DNA from: Treponema sp.
Lineage (GTDB): Bacteria > Spirochaetota > Spirochaetia > Treponematales > Breznakiellaceae
Reading direction: 5' to 3'
Assembly: GCA_031283575.1 (NCBI GenBank)
Contig: JAITBL010000201.1
Coordinates: 1 to 39,319, forward strand
Length of the DNA stretch: 39,319 nucleotides
Both the position numbers and the translations under genes were made by a program. Positions within the stretch are counted from its first letter, which is position 1; each line of letters starts with the position of its first letter. Shown here piece by piece: positions 1 to 8,507 of this stretch. The notes beneath the pieces are model-generated. The model ran no database searches and was not told the origin of the DNA. It saw only the letters and a program-made list of their open reading frames with translations.

Positions 1-79
1 TGTAAGCCTGTATAAGACTCAGCTTATGTGTCGCTTTATGCGCCAATTGCACGTTTACGCCTCGCGCGCGGCAGTCACC

Positions 80-106
80 GTAAATCCTTATAATATAAGG
101 ATTTAC
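80..106. repeat. 27-bp perfect AT-rich palindrome GTAAATCCTTATA-A-TATAAGGATTTAC; candidate operator or alternative hairpin
   Basis: Read directly: 13-bp arms around one central A. A third copy of the 8-mer AAATCCTT at 117-124 could pair with the right arm instead. Contains TATAAT at 89-94. The half-site resembles the palindrome at 35631-35663. Confidence 0.85.
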
Positions 107-127
107 GCAAGTAAAAAAATCCTTCGG

Positions 128-201
128 TCGGGCAACCCGGATTCGAACCGGGGACCCCAAGTCCCCCAGACTTGTACGCTAACCAACTGCGCTATTGCCC
201 G
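128..201 (-). tRNA. tRNA-Pro (anticodon GGG)
   Basis: The reverse complement folds as a cloverleaf: acceptor CGGGCAA/TTGCCCG, D-arm GCGC-AGTTGGTTA-GCGT, anticodon stem CAAGT/ACTTG with loop CTGGGGG, T-arm CCCGG-TTCGAAT-CCGGG, discriminator A. 74 nt; CCA is not encoded. Confidence 0.9.
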
Positions 202-227
202 GCAGAAGGATCCTGTTCTGATATTTT

Positions 228-256
228 AATCTAACCGTTTTGGTTTCAATTGTCAA
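228..256 (-). promoter_or_regulatory. sigma-70-type promoter candidate for tRNA-Pro (TTGACA-17-TAGATT)
   Basis: Minus strand: TTGACA at 256-251 (inside the last codons of the MATE gene), 17-nt spacer, TAGATT at 233-228, about 25 nt upstream of the mature tRNA 5' end. Confidence 0.45.
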
Positions 257-1637
257 GGTGGACAGCCGTTTCGTTCCGCGGCAGGACGGAATGGTTTTTC
301 ATCGATCGCAGCCGCCGCAGCTCAGCGGCCATAAAGACGGCGGTCAGCGCGGTGGAAAAAAGATCCGCCACGGGCATGGCAAAGAAAACGCCGTTAAGGC
401 CAAAGAAGCGCGGCAGCAGTAAAAGCAGGGGCAGGTACAACAGTATCTGCCGCGACAGGCTCAAGACCGTACTTTCAAGCGGCTTTCCCACGGCCTGAAA
501 ATACGACGCGGAAAACACTTGAAAGCCTATGACGGGCAGCATAATACAGCTTACGCGCAGGCAGAGTATGCCCATGTCCATAAGCGCTCCCTTTTCGTTG
601 CGGAACACGGCGATAAAAAAACCGGGGGAAAGCTGCGCCAAAAGAAAACCCGCGGCCGCAAAAATGGATCCGGCAATTACCGAAAGTTTATATGTCGAAA
701 GCACGCGCTCATATTTTTTTGCGCCGTAATTGTATCCGATGATGGGCTGGGCGCCCTGGTTAAGTCCCATGAGCGGCATATAGATAATCACCAAGATGCT
801 GTAGACTATTCCCATGGAGGCAACCGCGATGTCCCCGCCGTACGCATGCAAAATACGGTTCTGCATTACGCCGACAAGACTCATGGCAAGCTGCATCGCG
901 AACGGGGCAAAACCTATCGCAAGTATCTGGGCGGTAAGTGTTGGCTCAAGACGCATCAGCGCCGGACGAAAACGGAGCATGGTGCGCTTTGAGTTAAAGT
1001 AGTACATAACCCAGACAAACGAAATGAACTGCGATATGATCGTCGCCCAGGCCGCGCCGGCAATGCCCCATCCAAAACCGAAAATAAAAATCGGGTCCAG
1101 GATGATGTTGATCACGGCGCCTATGATCTGGGTAAACATCGATGTTTTGGGATGTCCGTCGGATCGTATAAAATGATTGATCCCCGGTCCCATGGCGCTG
1201 AACACGCCGCCGTAGAGTATAATCCGCAGGTATGTTTTCGCAAAAGGAAAAACCGCTTCGCTTGCGCCAAGAATAGGTATAATATCATCCAGAAAAAGAA
1301 AGCTCGCGGCAATGACGATGCCGGGAACAAAAAACAGCAGAAGAAAAGCGTGGCTCATGATTTTTTCCACCATATCGCGGCGGCCCTCGCCCATGCGTAT
1401 GGAGAACAGTGAGTTGGCCCCAATACCGATGAGCATTGATGAAGCCTGTAACGCCATCATGAGCGGCATAACGACAGTGATGCCCGCAATTCCCAGCGGG
1501 TCCACTCCCTGACCCACATAGATACGGTCTACAATATTGTAAACAGCGTTAACGAGCATTCCGATAATGGCGGGAAGCGAAAACTCGACAAGAAGCTTTC
1601 CCGTGCCTGTTGTCCCTATTCTGTCTGTCTGATTCAA
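246..1637 (-). CDS. MATE family multidrug/efflux transporter
   Basis: 463-aa polytopic membrane ORF. The N-terminus GKLLVEFSLPAIIGMLVNAVYNIVDRIYVG is typical of MATE/NorM-like proteins. TTG start, 15 nt after the upstream stop. Confidence 0.85.
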   Translation of the reverse strand: MNQTDRIGTTGTGKLLVEFSLPAIIGMLVNAVYNIVDRIYVGQGVDPLGIAGITVVMPLMMALQASSMLIGIGANSLFSIRMGEGRRDMVEKIMSHAFLLLFFVPGIVIAASFLFLDDIIPILGASEAVFPFAKTYLRIILYGGVFSAMGPGINHFIRSDGHPKTSMFTQIIGAVINIILDPIFIFGFGWGIAGAAWATIISQFISFVWVMYYFNSKRTMLRFRPALMRLEPTLTAQILAIGFAPFAMQLAMSLVGVMQNRILHAYGGDIAVASMGIVYSILVIIYMPLMGLNQGAQPIIGYNYGAKKYERVLSTYKLSVIAGSIFAAAGFLLAQLSPGFFIAVFRNEKGALMDMGILCLRVSCIMLPVIGFQVFSASYFQAVGKPLESTVLSLSRQILLYLPLLLLLPRFFGLNGVFFAMPVADLFSTALTAVFMAAELRRLRSMKNHSVLPRNETAVHLDN

Positions 1638-1652
1638 AATTTGGCCTGTCGG

Positions 1653-2990
1653 TTAATGATGATGCCGCGCTGTCAGCGGCGTGTAATCCCTGCGCTTTTG
1701 CACACATTTGTAAGCGGGGCGTATGATGCGGCCGCCGGCGACGATCTCTTCGAGCCGGTGGGCACACCAGCCCGCGACGCGGCTTACGGCAAAAAGCGGC
1801 GTGTACAGTTCCGGCGGAAGTCCCAGCATTTTGTACACAAAGCCCGAATAGAAATCCACATTGGCGCAGATCTCCTTGTCGGAGCCTTTAACTTTTTTAA
1901 AAATTTCGGGCGTCAGGCGGTCGATAAGGCAGTAAAGATCAAATTCGGCGGCGAGTTTTTTTTCCTGCGCCTGTACGGCGGCTTTTTCTTTAAGGAGTAC
2001 GGCGCGGGGGTCGCTTTTCGTGTAAACGGCGTGGCCCTGTCCGTAGATAAGGCCGGAACCGTCGTGGGCCTCGCCGCGCAGAATGCGGGCAAGGTAGTCG
2101 GCCACTTCGCCTTCGCTGTCCCAGCGTTTTACCGCGCCTTTAATTTCGTCCATCATCCGCATTACCTTGATATTGGCGCCGCCGTGCTTGTATCCCTTAA
2201 GGGATACAAGACCCGCGCTGACGGCGGAGAAGGTATCCGTATCGGCCGATGAAACAAGGTGAACGGCAAACGTCGAATTGTTGCCGCCGCCGTGTTCGGC
2301 GTGAAGGATCAGGGACAGGTCGAGCAGTTCCGCCTCAAGGCGGGTAAAGCGCTGGTCGGGCCGTATCAGGGAAAGCACGGTTTCCGCGCTGCCGCAGGTC
2401 GAATCGGGCATGTGGATAATAAGGCTTTCATGATCGTAGTAATGTTTTTTTGCCATGTAGGAATACGCCACAATCGTGGGAAAGCGGGCAATCAGTTCCA
2501 GGCACTGGCGCAGAATATTTTCGGGCGACCGGTTTTCCGGATCCTCGTCGTAGGAATAGAGGGTAAGCACCGAGCGGGCAAGCTTGTTCATAATGTCCCG
2601 CGAGGGCGCCTTCATGATTGAGTCTTCGGCAAAATTGTGGGGCAGGGCGCGGCAGTTTCCCATAAGGGTCGTAAAATCTTCGAGTTCCCGCCGCGTGGGA
2701 AGTTCGCCAAAAAGAAGCAGGTACGAGGCCTCCTCAAAACCATAACGGCCTTCGGCGGAAGCGCTGCGCACCAGATCTTCAACGTCAATGCCCCGATAGT
2801 AGAGTTTGCCCTCCTGGGGTATTTTTTCACCTTCATCAATAATATAACCGTGAACATCGCCGATACGGGTAAGCCCCACCAGAACTCCGGTGCCGTCGCT
2901 GTTTCGCAGGCCGCGCTTGACATTGTAGCGGTCGTAGAGTTCCGTATTGATAAAGCTGTTTTCGTCAAGGCGTTTAATATAGCGGTTAAT
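1653..2990 (-). CDS. citrate synthase family protein; start uncertain, probably a non-canonical ATT at 2990
   Basis: Conserved block LYDRYNVKRGLRNSDGTGVLVGLTRIGDVHGY, HAEHGGGNNSTF and a C-terminal citrate synthase-like region. The track's 524-aa ORF begins with about 79 residues overlapping the upstream gene. AGGAGA lies 6 nt before ATT at 2990. Confidence 0.8.
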   Translation of the reverse strand: MNRYIKRLDENSFINTELYDRYNVKRGLRNSDGTGVLVGLTRIGDVHGYIIDEGEKIPQEGKLYYRGIDVEDLVRSASAEGRYGFEEASYLLLFGELPTRRELEDFTTLMGNCRALPHNFAEDSIMKAPSRDIMNKLARSVLTLYSYDEDPENRSPENILRQCLELIARFPTIVAYSYMAKKHYYDHESLIIHMPDSTCGSAETVLSLIRPDQRFTRLEAELLDLSLILHAEHGGGNNSTFAVHLVSSADTDTFSAVSAGLVSLKGYKHGGANIKVMRMMDEIKGAVKRWDSEGEVADYLARILRGEAHDGSGLIYGQGHAVYTKSDPRAVLLKEKAAVQAQEKKLAAEFDLYCLIDRLTPEIFKKVKGSDKEICANVDFYSGFVYKMLGLPPELYTPLFAVSRVAGWCAHRLEEIVAGGRIIRPAYKCVQKRRDYTPLTARHHH

Positions 2991-4680
2991 GGGGTTTCTC
3001 CTGTTCGCGGATCTCCACCCGCCGGATTTTGCCGCTGATCGTTTTGGGCAGCTCGCTGACAAATTCGACAATGCGGGGATACTTGTACGGGGCGGTGTTT
3101 TTTTTGACGTGGTTCTGCAGTTCCTTTTTAAGTTCTTCCGAGGCGGTCCAGTCTTTTGCCAGAACCACGGTCGCCTTGACCACGGCGCCGCGGTCCGGAT
3201 CGGGAACGCCGGTGATCGCACATTCAAGTACGGCGGGGTGTTCTACCAGAGCGCTTTCCACTTCGAAGGGGCCGATGCGGTAGCCGGAACTTTTAATCAC
3301 ATCGTCGGAACGGCCCACAAACCAGAGGTAGCCGTCTTCGTCGCGCCAGGCCATGTCGCCGGTGTAATAAATTCCCCCATGCCACACGGAAGAGGTCAGT
3401 TCCTGGTCGCGGTAGTATCCGTCAAATATTCCCAGCGGCCTGCGCCTGCCGGTGCGCACCACAAGCTGGCCTTCTTCGCCCATATCACAGGAACTGCCGT
3501 CATCGCGGATAAGGTCGATGTCGTACCCGGGCGAGGGCTTTCCCATGGAGCCGGGCTTGGGTTCCAGCCAGGGGTAGGTGCAGACGGTAACGGTAAGTTC
3601 GGTTTGTCCGTAACATTCCCTCAGCTTGATGCCGGTTCCTTCCCTAAAGCGTTCGTAGATTTCGGGTTCCAGCGGTTCACCGGCCACGGTACAGTGTTTA
3701 AGGGCGGAGAAATCGTACTTCCCAAGATCTTCTTTGATGAAGAAACGGTACACCGTGGGGGGCGCGCAGAAAGTGCTTACCCTGTGCCTGGTAATAACGC
3801 CGAGAATTTCCTGGGGCACAAAGCGGTCGTAATCGTAAACAAAGAGGGCGGCGCCGCAGAGCCACTGACCGTAGATCTTGCCCCAGGCGGCCTTGGCCCA
3901 GCCCGTGTCGGCAACGGTGATGTGCAGGCCGCCGGGAATGACCTGATGCCAGAAGCGGGCGGTAGAAATATGTCCCAGCGGATAGGCGAAATTGTGCTGA
4001 ACCATTTTTGGCATTCCCGTGGTGCCCGAAGTAAAATAGAGGAGCATGATATCGGCATTGGTATTTACCGCGGGCGGCCGCGCGAATTCGGCGTCCGCTT
4101 TTTCCATGCGCGATTTAAAGTCGGTCCAGTCCGCGCCGGCAGGCTGCGCGCCGTCGTGGACGCCGCGCATGAACGCTTTATAGCGGAGGGTGGACGCCCC
4201 TTCGGCGCGGAGTTTTGTTTCCGCTTCGTCAACGGCGCCCATGATCTTTGCGTCGTCCACGCAGACAATGCCGGCAATATCCGCGGCCTTGCAGCGGTAG
4301 ACAATGTCCTTGCTCGTCAAAAGATGCGTTGCCGGTATGGCAATCGCGCCGAGTTTGTGGAGCGCGAGAAGGGCGGGCCAGTATTCCCAGCGGCGTTTCA
4401 AGATCAACATGATGGGATCGCCCTTTCCGATGCCGGCGGCCTTAAAGGTATTGGCCGCCTGGTTGGAAAGCGCTTTAATGCCGGTATAGGTAAAAGAAGC
4501 TTCCGCGCCTTTTTCGTCACACCAGAGCATGGCCCGCTCGCTTCCTTTTGAAGCCGCAAGCTCGTCCATCACATCCCAGGCAAAATTAAAATTTTCCGGA
4601 ACGTTCACGGTAAAATTGTCGTAAAAATCCTCGTACGAGGTAAAGTCTTTTCGGGGCAAATATTTGTCAAGCAGATCCAC
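2986..4680 (-). CDS. AMP-forming acyl-CoA synthetase (medium-chain/acetyl-CoA synthetase-like)
   Basis: AMP-binding motifs YFTSGTTGMPKMV, YGQTE, TGDMAWRDEDGYLWFVGRSDDVIKSSGYRIGPFEVE and PKTISGKIRR. GTG start preceded by AAGGAG at 5 nt. Confidence 0.9.
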   Translation of the reverse strand: MDLLDKYLPRKDFTSYEDFYDNFTVNVPENFNFAWDVMDELAASKGSERAMLWCDEKGAEASFTYTGIKALSNQAANTFKAAGIGKGDPIMLILKRRWEYWPALLALHKLGAIAIPATHLLTSKDIVYRCKAADIAGIVCVDDAKIMGAVDEAETKLRAEGASTLRYKAFMRGVHDGAQPAGADWTDFKSRMEKADAEFARPPAVNTNADIMLLYFTSGTTGMPKMVQHNFAYPLGHISTARFWHQVIPGGLHITVADTGWAKAAWGKIYGQWLCGAALFVYDYDRFVPQEILGVITRHRVSTFCAPPTVYRFFIKEDLGKYDFSALKHCTVAGEPLEPEIYERFREGTGIKLRECYGQTELTVTVCTYPWLEPKPGSMGKPSPGYDIDLIRDDGSSCDMGEEGQLVVRTGRRRPLGIFDGYYRDQELTSSVWHGGIYYTGDMAWRDEDGYLWFVGRSDDVIKSSGYRIGPFEVESALVEHPAVLECAITGVPDPDRGAVVKATVVLAKDWTASEELKKELQNHVKKNTAPYKYPRIVEFVSELPKTISGKIRRVEIREQEKPH

Positions 4681-4712
4681 ACATACTCCTTATTATACGA
4701 TGAAAATCGGAA

Positions 4713-4729
4713 GTTACGCGAAGCGTAAC
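4713..4729 (-). terminator. weak intrinsic-terminator-like hairpin between the XRE-cupin gene and the acyl-CoA synthetase
   Basis: Minus-sense RNA GUUACGC-UUC-GCGUAAC (7-bp stem) followed by UUCCGAUUUUC. A second 7-bp hairpin lies at 4747-4763. Confidence 0.3.
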
Positions 4730-4777
4730 GTATACTCCTTAATGTACGCGGCAATTTGCCGCGATGAAAAAATCGGG

Positions 4778-5332
4778 TTATAACACCATGGCGAGAAAGC
4801 GGGCGCCCTTTCCTCCCAGCGCTTTCATGCCGTGGAGTTCATTGGAATCGTAATAGATCGCGTCTCCGGGACCCAGTTCTTCTTCATGGCCTCCCACGGA
4901 AATAAGGAGTCTTCCTTCGAGTACGTAATCAAACTCCTGCCCCGGGTGAGTGTTGAGACTTAACGGCCTGTCTTCCGTTTCCGGCTCCGCTTCCACCAAA
5001 AAAGGTTCGCCCCTTTTGTTGTGGAACTTGTAGGCGAGGTTCCAGTAACGGTACATGGGCCGCCTGCTTACTTCGGGCGCTTTATCGCCGCGCGTGACAC
5101 AGTAGGTCGTGAGGCGCGAAGGCTTTCCGCTGATAAGCTCGGTCAGGTCAACCTTGAAGCGGGCGGCGATTTCCACCAGGGAACCCACGGGAAAATCGGC
5201 CTCGCCCGATTCCCAGCTGCGGTATTCGCCGGGGTGAAACCCCAATTCCCTGCTGAACTCCTCCAGCGGAATCTCGGCGATTTCGCGGAGCACCTTAACC
5301 CGCGCGGCAATTTCTTTTGATTCTTCGTTCAT
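4778..5332 (-). CDS. XRE-family HTH transcriptional regulator with C-terminal cupin domain
   Basis: N-terminal HTH-like segment (IAARVKVLREIAEIPLEEFSRELGFHPGEYRSWESGE) and a C-terminal cupin-like beta-barrel (HPGQEFDYVLEGRL...GDAIYYDSNELHGM). AGGAGAAG SD. Confidence 0.85.
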   Translation of the reverse strand: MNEESKEIAARVKVLREIAEIPLEEFSRELGFHPGEYRSWESGEADFPVGSLVEIAARFKVDLTELISGKPSRLTTYCVTRGDKAPEVSRRPMYRYWNLAYKFHNKRGEPFLVEAEPETEDRPLSLNTHPGQEFDYVLEGRLLISVGGHEEELGPGDAIYYDSNELHGMKALGGKGARFLAMVL

Positions 5333-5440
5333 GCGCTTCTCCTGTTTTTCGCAGTGGGGTCTAATACCCCGCCCAGGGGCGGGGAGTTTCGTTCGCGGCG
5401 GGCCTGATACTCCGCCGCGATCCGGCGTGTTTGATCCGCG

Positions 5441-6958
5441 CTATTGTCCCGCGCACAGCTTGAGCCGGGGAATAAGCTGCTCCGGAAAATCACGGCCAAA
5501 AAAATACTGGTACTGATACTTTGCCTGACGGACAAGCATATCAAATCCGTTAAGAATTTTACAGCCCGCCGTCAGGGCGCGTCTTAAAAACGCCGTGCGG
5601 TGGGGATTATAGATAAGGTCCATTACCGTTTCGCTTCCCTTGAAAGGATAGAGGGCAAAGGGATCGTCTTCCGTATGGGGAAAGGTTCCCACCGGCGTTG
5701 TTTGTATAATAACGTCGGAATACCTGTCCATAAGATCGAGGCTTTGGCTTTCAAGGCCGCCCCACTTGTAGTTATAGTGATGGGCCAGATCGCGGGCCCG
5801 GCCGGAATTGCGGTTAAGGACAAGGCATTTTCCCTTAAGGCGAAAAATTTCACGCACCGCCGCTTTGGCGGCGCCTCCCGCGCCAATCACGGTAAACCTG
5901 AGGCCCCGAAAATTTTTTCGCTCCATAAACGTTAAAAGCGATTCGGAAAAACCAACGACGTCGGTGTTGATGCCGCTCCGGTTTTCACCGTCAAAGCGGA
6001 GCGTGTTGCAGGCGCCCACCTCGTCTACGGTATCGGAAGCTGATCCAAGAAAGGGAATGATCGCTTCCTTGTAGGGAACGGTAACCGAAGCGCCGGCAAG
6101 ATTGATCTCCCGGGCAAGGTCAAGAAAGTTTTCAAGATCATCCGTGGGAAAGGGAAGATATATGGCGTCGATCTTTTCGTGGTTAAATACCGTGTTAAAG
6201 ATCAGGGGGCTCAACGTTGTCTTGAGCGGGTATCCCACGACGCCGAACAGTTTTGTCTTTGCGCTTAACGAACGAAAACGGTAAACCTCCGACAGGTTGC
6301 GGGGATCGAGCTGGCCCGGCGAGGCCGCGGGAAAGTCTTTTTCTCCGGCCGCGGCGGTGTAGGAAAGGTGGGAACCCAGCAGCTCGGCGAGGATGCGCGT
6401 ATTCTCGCCCAGATCCCCCATGCACACAAGAATTTTTTCCAGGTCCGAAGTTTCCTTCGCGGCGCGGTACACCGTGATTACATCGCCAAGGTTTTGGGGC
6501 ATGACCGCCGCCTTGACAATTTCGTTGCCGACGCGGCGCATATTGCGCAGACGGGGAACAATGTCGCCCACGCCGCTAAAATTGTGGAATGACCGGATGA
6601 TTCTTGTACCGAAGGTACGCGCGGCGTCTTCCAGGCCGGGGACTTCCAAATCCTCTTCAAAGTCCACGTAGGCAAAGTTTCGCCTGCGATCCGCTTCGGC
6701 AAAGGCCAGCCCCTTGGAGAGCAGCGACACGCGGGAGCCTTCGCCGTTGTCAAAGAGGCCGCCGTCGATACGCCGCCTTACCGTCAGGATGACGGGAAGC
6801 CCCGCCAGTTCGGGAAAAGTTCTGATCGAAAAACGTTCGTCGGGATCGAGGTAGTCTACCCGCAATTCAGCCATGTCGATGTAAGGGCGGTATTTGTCGA
6901 GTACTTCCAGGTCCCTGGCTATAGTTTTCCCTGTCAGGCATAAACAGATTTTTGCCAT
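5441..6958 (-). CDS. aroDE: bifunctional type I 3-dehydroquinate dehydratase / shikimate 5-dehydrogenase
   Basis: The N-terminal half resembles type I DHQase (ICLCLTG...AELRVDYL). The C-terminal half resembles AroE (LFGVVGYPLKTTLSPLIFN, VIGAGGAAKA). AGGAG SD 5 nt upstream. Confidence 0.85.
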   Translation of the reverse strand: MAKICLCLTGKTIARDLEVLDKYRPYIDMAELRVDYLDPDERFSIRTFPELAGLPVILTVRRRIDGGLFDNGEGSRVSLLSKGLAFAEADRRRNFAYVDFEEDLEVPGLEDAARTFGTRIIRSFHNFSGVGDIVPRLRNMRRVGNEIVKAAVMPQNLGDVITVYRAAKETSDLEKILVCMGDLGENTRILAELLGSHLSYTAAAGEKDFPAASPGQLDPRNLSEVYRFRSLSAKTKLFGVVGYPLKTTLSPLIFNTVFNHEKIDAIYLPFPTDDLENFLDLAREINLAGASVTVPYKEAIIPFLGSASDTVDEVGACNTLRFDGENRSGINTDVVGFSESLLTFMERKNFRGLRFTVIGAGGAAKAAVREIFRLKGKCLVLNRNSGRARDLAHHYNYKWGGLESQSLDLMDRYSDVIIQTTPVGTFPHTEDDPFALYPFKGSETVMDLIYNPHRTAFLRRALTAGCKILNGFDMLVRQAKYQYQYFFGRDFPEQLIPRLKLCAGQ

Positions 6959-6966
6959 TTACGCTC

Positions 6967-7425
6967 CTAAAAATCGGACCGGAAAATATAAATGCCCTCG
7001 CTGCGGTTCGACGAGGTCCAGTTAATGCGGACCATGATGGGCCACACCCTGCTGGGCCGCTGGTAGAGACTGTAACCTTCAAAGTCCCTGCCTTCGCCCA
7101 GAACGCGGTTGACCGCGGCGCGGGGGTCGCCTTCCTTGACGCCGTAAGCCGTCTTGACCCGAATCTGCCACACCCTGTCGAGGTAGACGTAGTATTCCCC
7201 CGACTCATAGATGAAGACAACGTCGTCCTGCCACTCGGCGATGCCCCGCACCGCCTTGACCTGTTTGGGCACGCCGAAACGGGCGACAAGATCGCTGAGG
7301 GTCGCGCCGACCAGCATGGCCGGATCCTGGGCGATGTCCTGGACGCCGGGCGCCGCGGAAGTTCCCTGGGTAAAAAGGGGAAGGGCAAGGCAAAAAAACA
7401 TGCAGACGGCAATAATTCTTTTCAT
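6967..7425 (-). CDS. small secreted protein or lipoprotein, unknown function
   Basis: 152 aa with a signal-peptide-like N-terminus MKRIIAVCMFFCLALPLFTQG. No recognisable catalytic motif. Confidence 0.6.
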   Translation of the reverse strand: MKRIIAVCMFFCLALPLFTQGTSAAPGVQDIAQDPAMLVGATLSDLVARFGVPKQVKAVRGIAEWQDDVVFIYESGEYYVYLDRVWQIRVKTAYGVKEGDPRAAVNRVLGEGRDFEGYSLYQRPSRVWPIMVRINWTSSNRSEGIYIFRSDF

Positions 7426-7439
7426 TTTTACGCCGCCCG

Positions 7440-8504
7440 CTATTGGGAATTTGAGAGCGGGGCTATTTGATCCAGCGCGAGGCCCTCGACCGGCTGGTTG
7501 ATCACCTGCCGGTTGATTTCACGGTCAAGCATGGAAAGAATAATCGTGGAACCGTAAGGCAGCCGGTACGGCACGGAAATTTCCCCGCCTGAATGATTGA
7601 CGGCGACAAGGCGCTGTCTGCCGCCGTTGGACAGTTCCGCCTCGACCGTTACCGGAAGGGGATAGGGATTCTGGGGCAGCCGGTAACTGTATATGCCCAC
7701 CACTTCGCCCGCGCCGGGAACGGGGGCGATCAGGGTTACCGAAAGCTGATCGCCGGGCCTTATTTCCTGTCCGGCCCCGGGGTTTTGGGCTATTACCGTG
7801 TCGGGCCGCTCGTTCCCCGACGCGGGGCGTATCGTAAAACTAAAATTCACCTGGGCCTGGCTGATCCGCTCCAGCGCCTGATTCATCGTCAGACCCCGCA
7901 CATCGGGAACGGCGATTCTCGTGTTTTCCGGCCCGCGGCTTACAACCAGTTCGAGCGTGGTGGAACCGGTAATATCCGTATCCGGCCCTGGATTTTGCTG
8001 CAGCACCGTTCCGACCGGTTCGGAAGAATACTGGTACATAAAGGGCTCCCGCAGCGTCAGCGAGAGCAGGGGATTCTGCGCCCGCAATGAGGCCAGCGCC
8101 GAACGCGCGTCGCCGATGTTCTTTCCAATATAATTGCCGATTTTGTCGAGCGCCATACCCTGGCTCATCACGAGGTTGATCCGCCGTTCGGCCTTGACAA
8201 TGGTGCCCGCCTCGGGCTCCTGTTCGAGGATCAGGCCGCGGTCGCTGTCGTTTTCGGTGGATCGCAGCTGCAACAGGGGAAAGAGATCTTTTTCCTGTAG
8301 TTCAAGAAGCGCCTGGGTAAGATCGCGGCCCACGACATCGGGGACCATAACCTGCTCCTTGCCCTGCACGGCGATAAGGAACACCGAAAGGGCAATCAAT
8401 CCTACAAAAACAAGCAAACCTATGGTAAGGGAAATAAAGAGTTTAAGATGGTTTCCCATGTAGTCTTCGATACTTTCGAGATCGAAACTGAAATTAAACG
8501 CCAT
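7440..8504 (-). CDS. membrane-anchored PASTA-domain protein with no kinase or PBP domain
   Basis: One N-terminal TM helix (LFISLTIGLLVFVGLIALSVFLI) followed by about three PASTA-like repeats (VPDVVGRDLTQALLEL..., IGNYIGKNIGDARSAL..., VPDVRGLTMNQALERI...). Confidence 0.75.
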   Translation of the reverse strand: MAFNFSFDLESIEDYMGNHLKLFISLTIGLLVFVGLIALSVFLIAVQGKEQVMVPDVVGRDLTQALLELQEKDLFPLLQLRSTENDSDRGLILEQEPEAGTIVKAERRINLVMSQGMALDKIGNYIGKNIGDARSALASLRAQNPLLSLTLREPFMYQYSSEPVGTVLQQNPGPDTDITGSTTLELVVSRGPENTRIAVPDVRGLTMNQALERISQAQVNFSFTIRPASGNERPDTVIAQNPGAGQEIRPGDQLSVTLIAPVPGAGEVVGIYSYRLPQNPYPLPVTVEAELSNGGRQRLVAVNHSGGEISVPYRLPYGSTIILSMLDREINRQVINQPVEGLALDQIAPLSNSQ

Positions 8505-8507
8505 AAA

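Noticed and set aside
26-229. 67-aa plus-strand ORF
   Set aside because: It overlaps the tRNA-Pro gene and the palindrome, and there is no SD.
2991-3227. N-terminal 79 residues of the 524-aa citrate synthase ORF
   Set aside because: This stretch overlaps the 3' end of the acyl-CoA synthetase, is P/R/S/K-rich, and is unlike citrate synthase N-termini.
2989-4551. 520-aa plus-strand ORF
   Set aside because: It is entirely antisense to the well-supported acyl-CoA synthetase. Its G/A/R/F-rich, low-complexity sequence has no recognisable motifs. This is the typical stop-poor antisense frame of GC-rich coding DNA.
5345-5440. GC-rich hairpins (GCGGCGG...CCGCCGC and CCCCGCCC..GGGCGGGG) after aroDE as an intrinsic terminator
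   Set aside because: No U-tract follows either stem. They may form structures, but the sequence alone does not support a terminator call.
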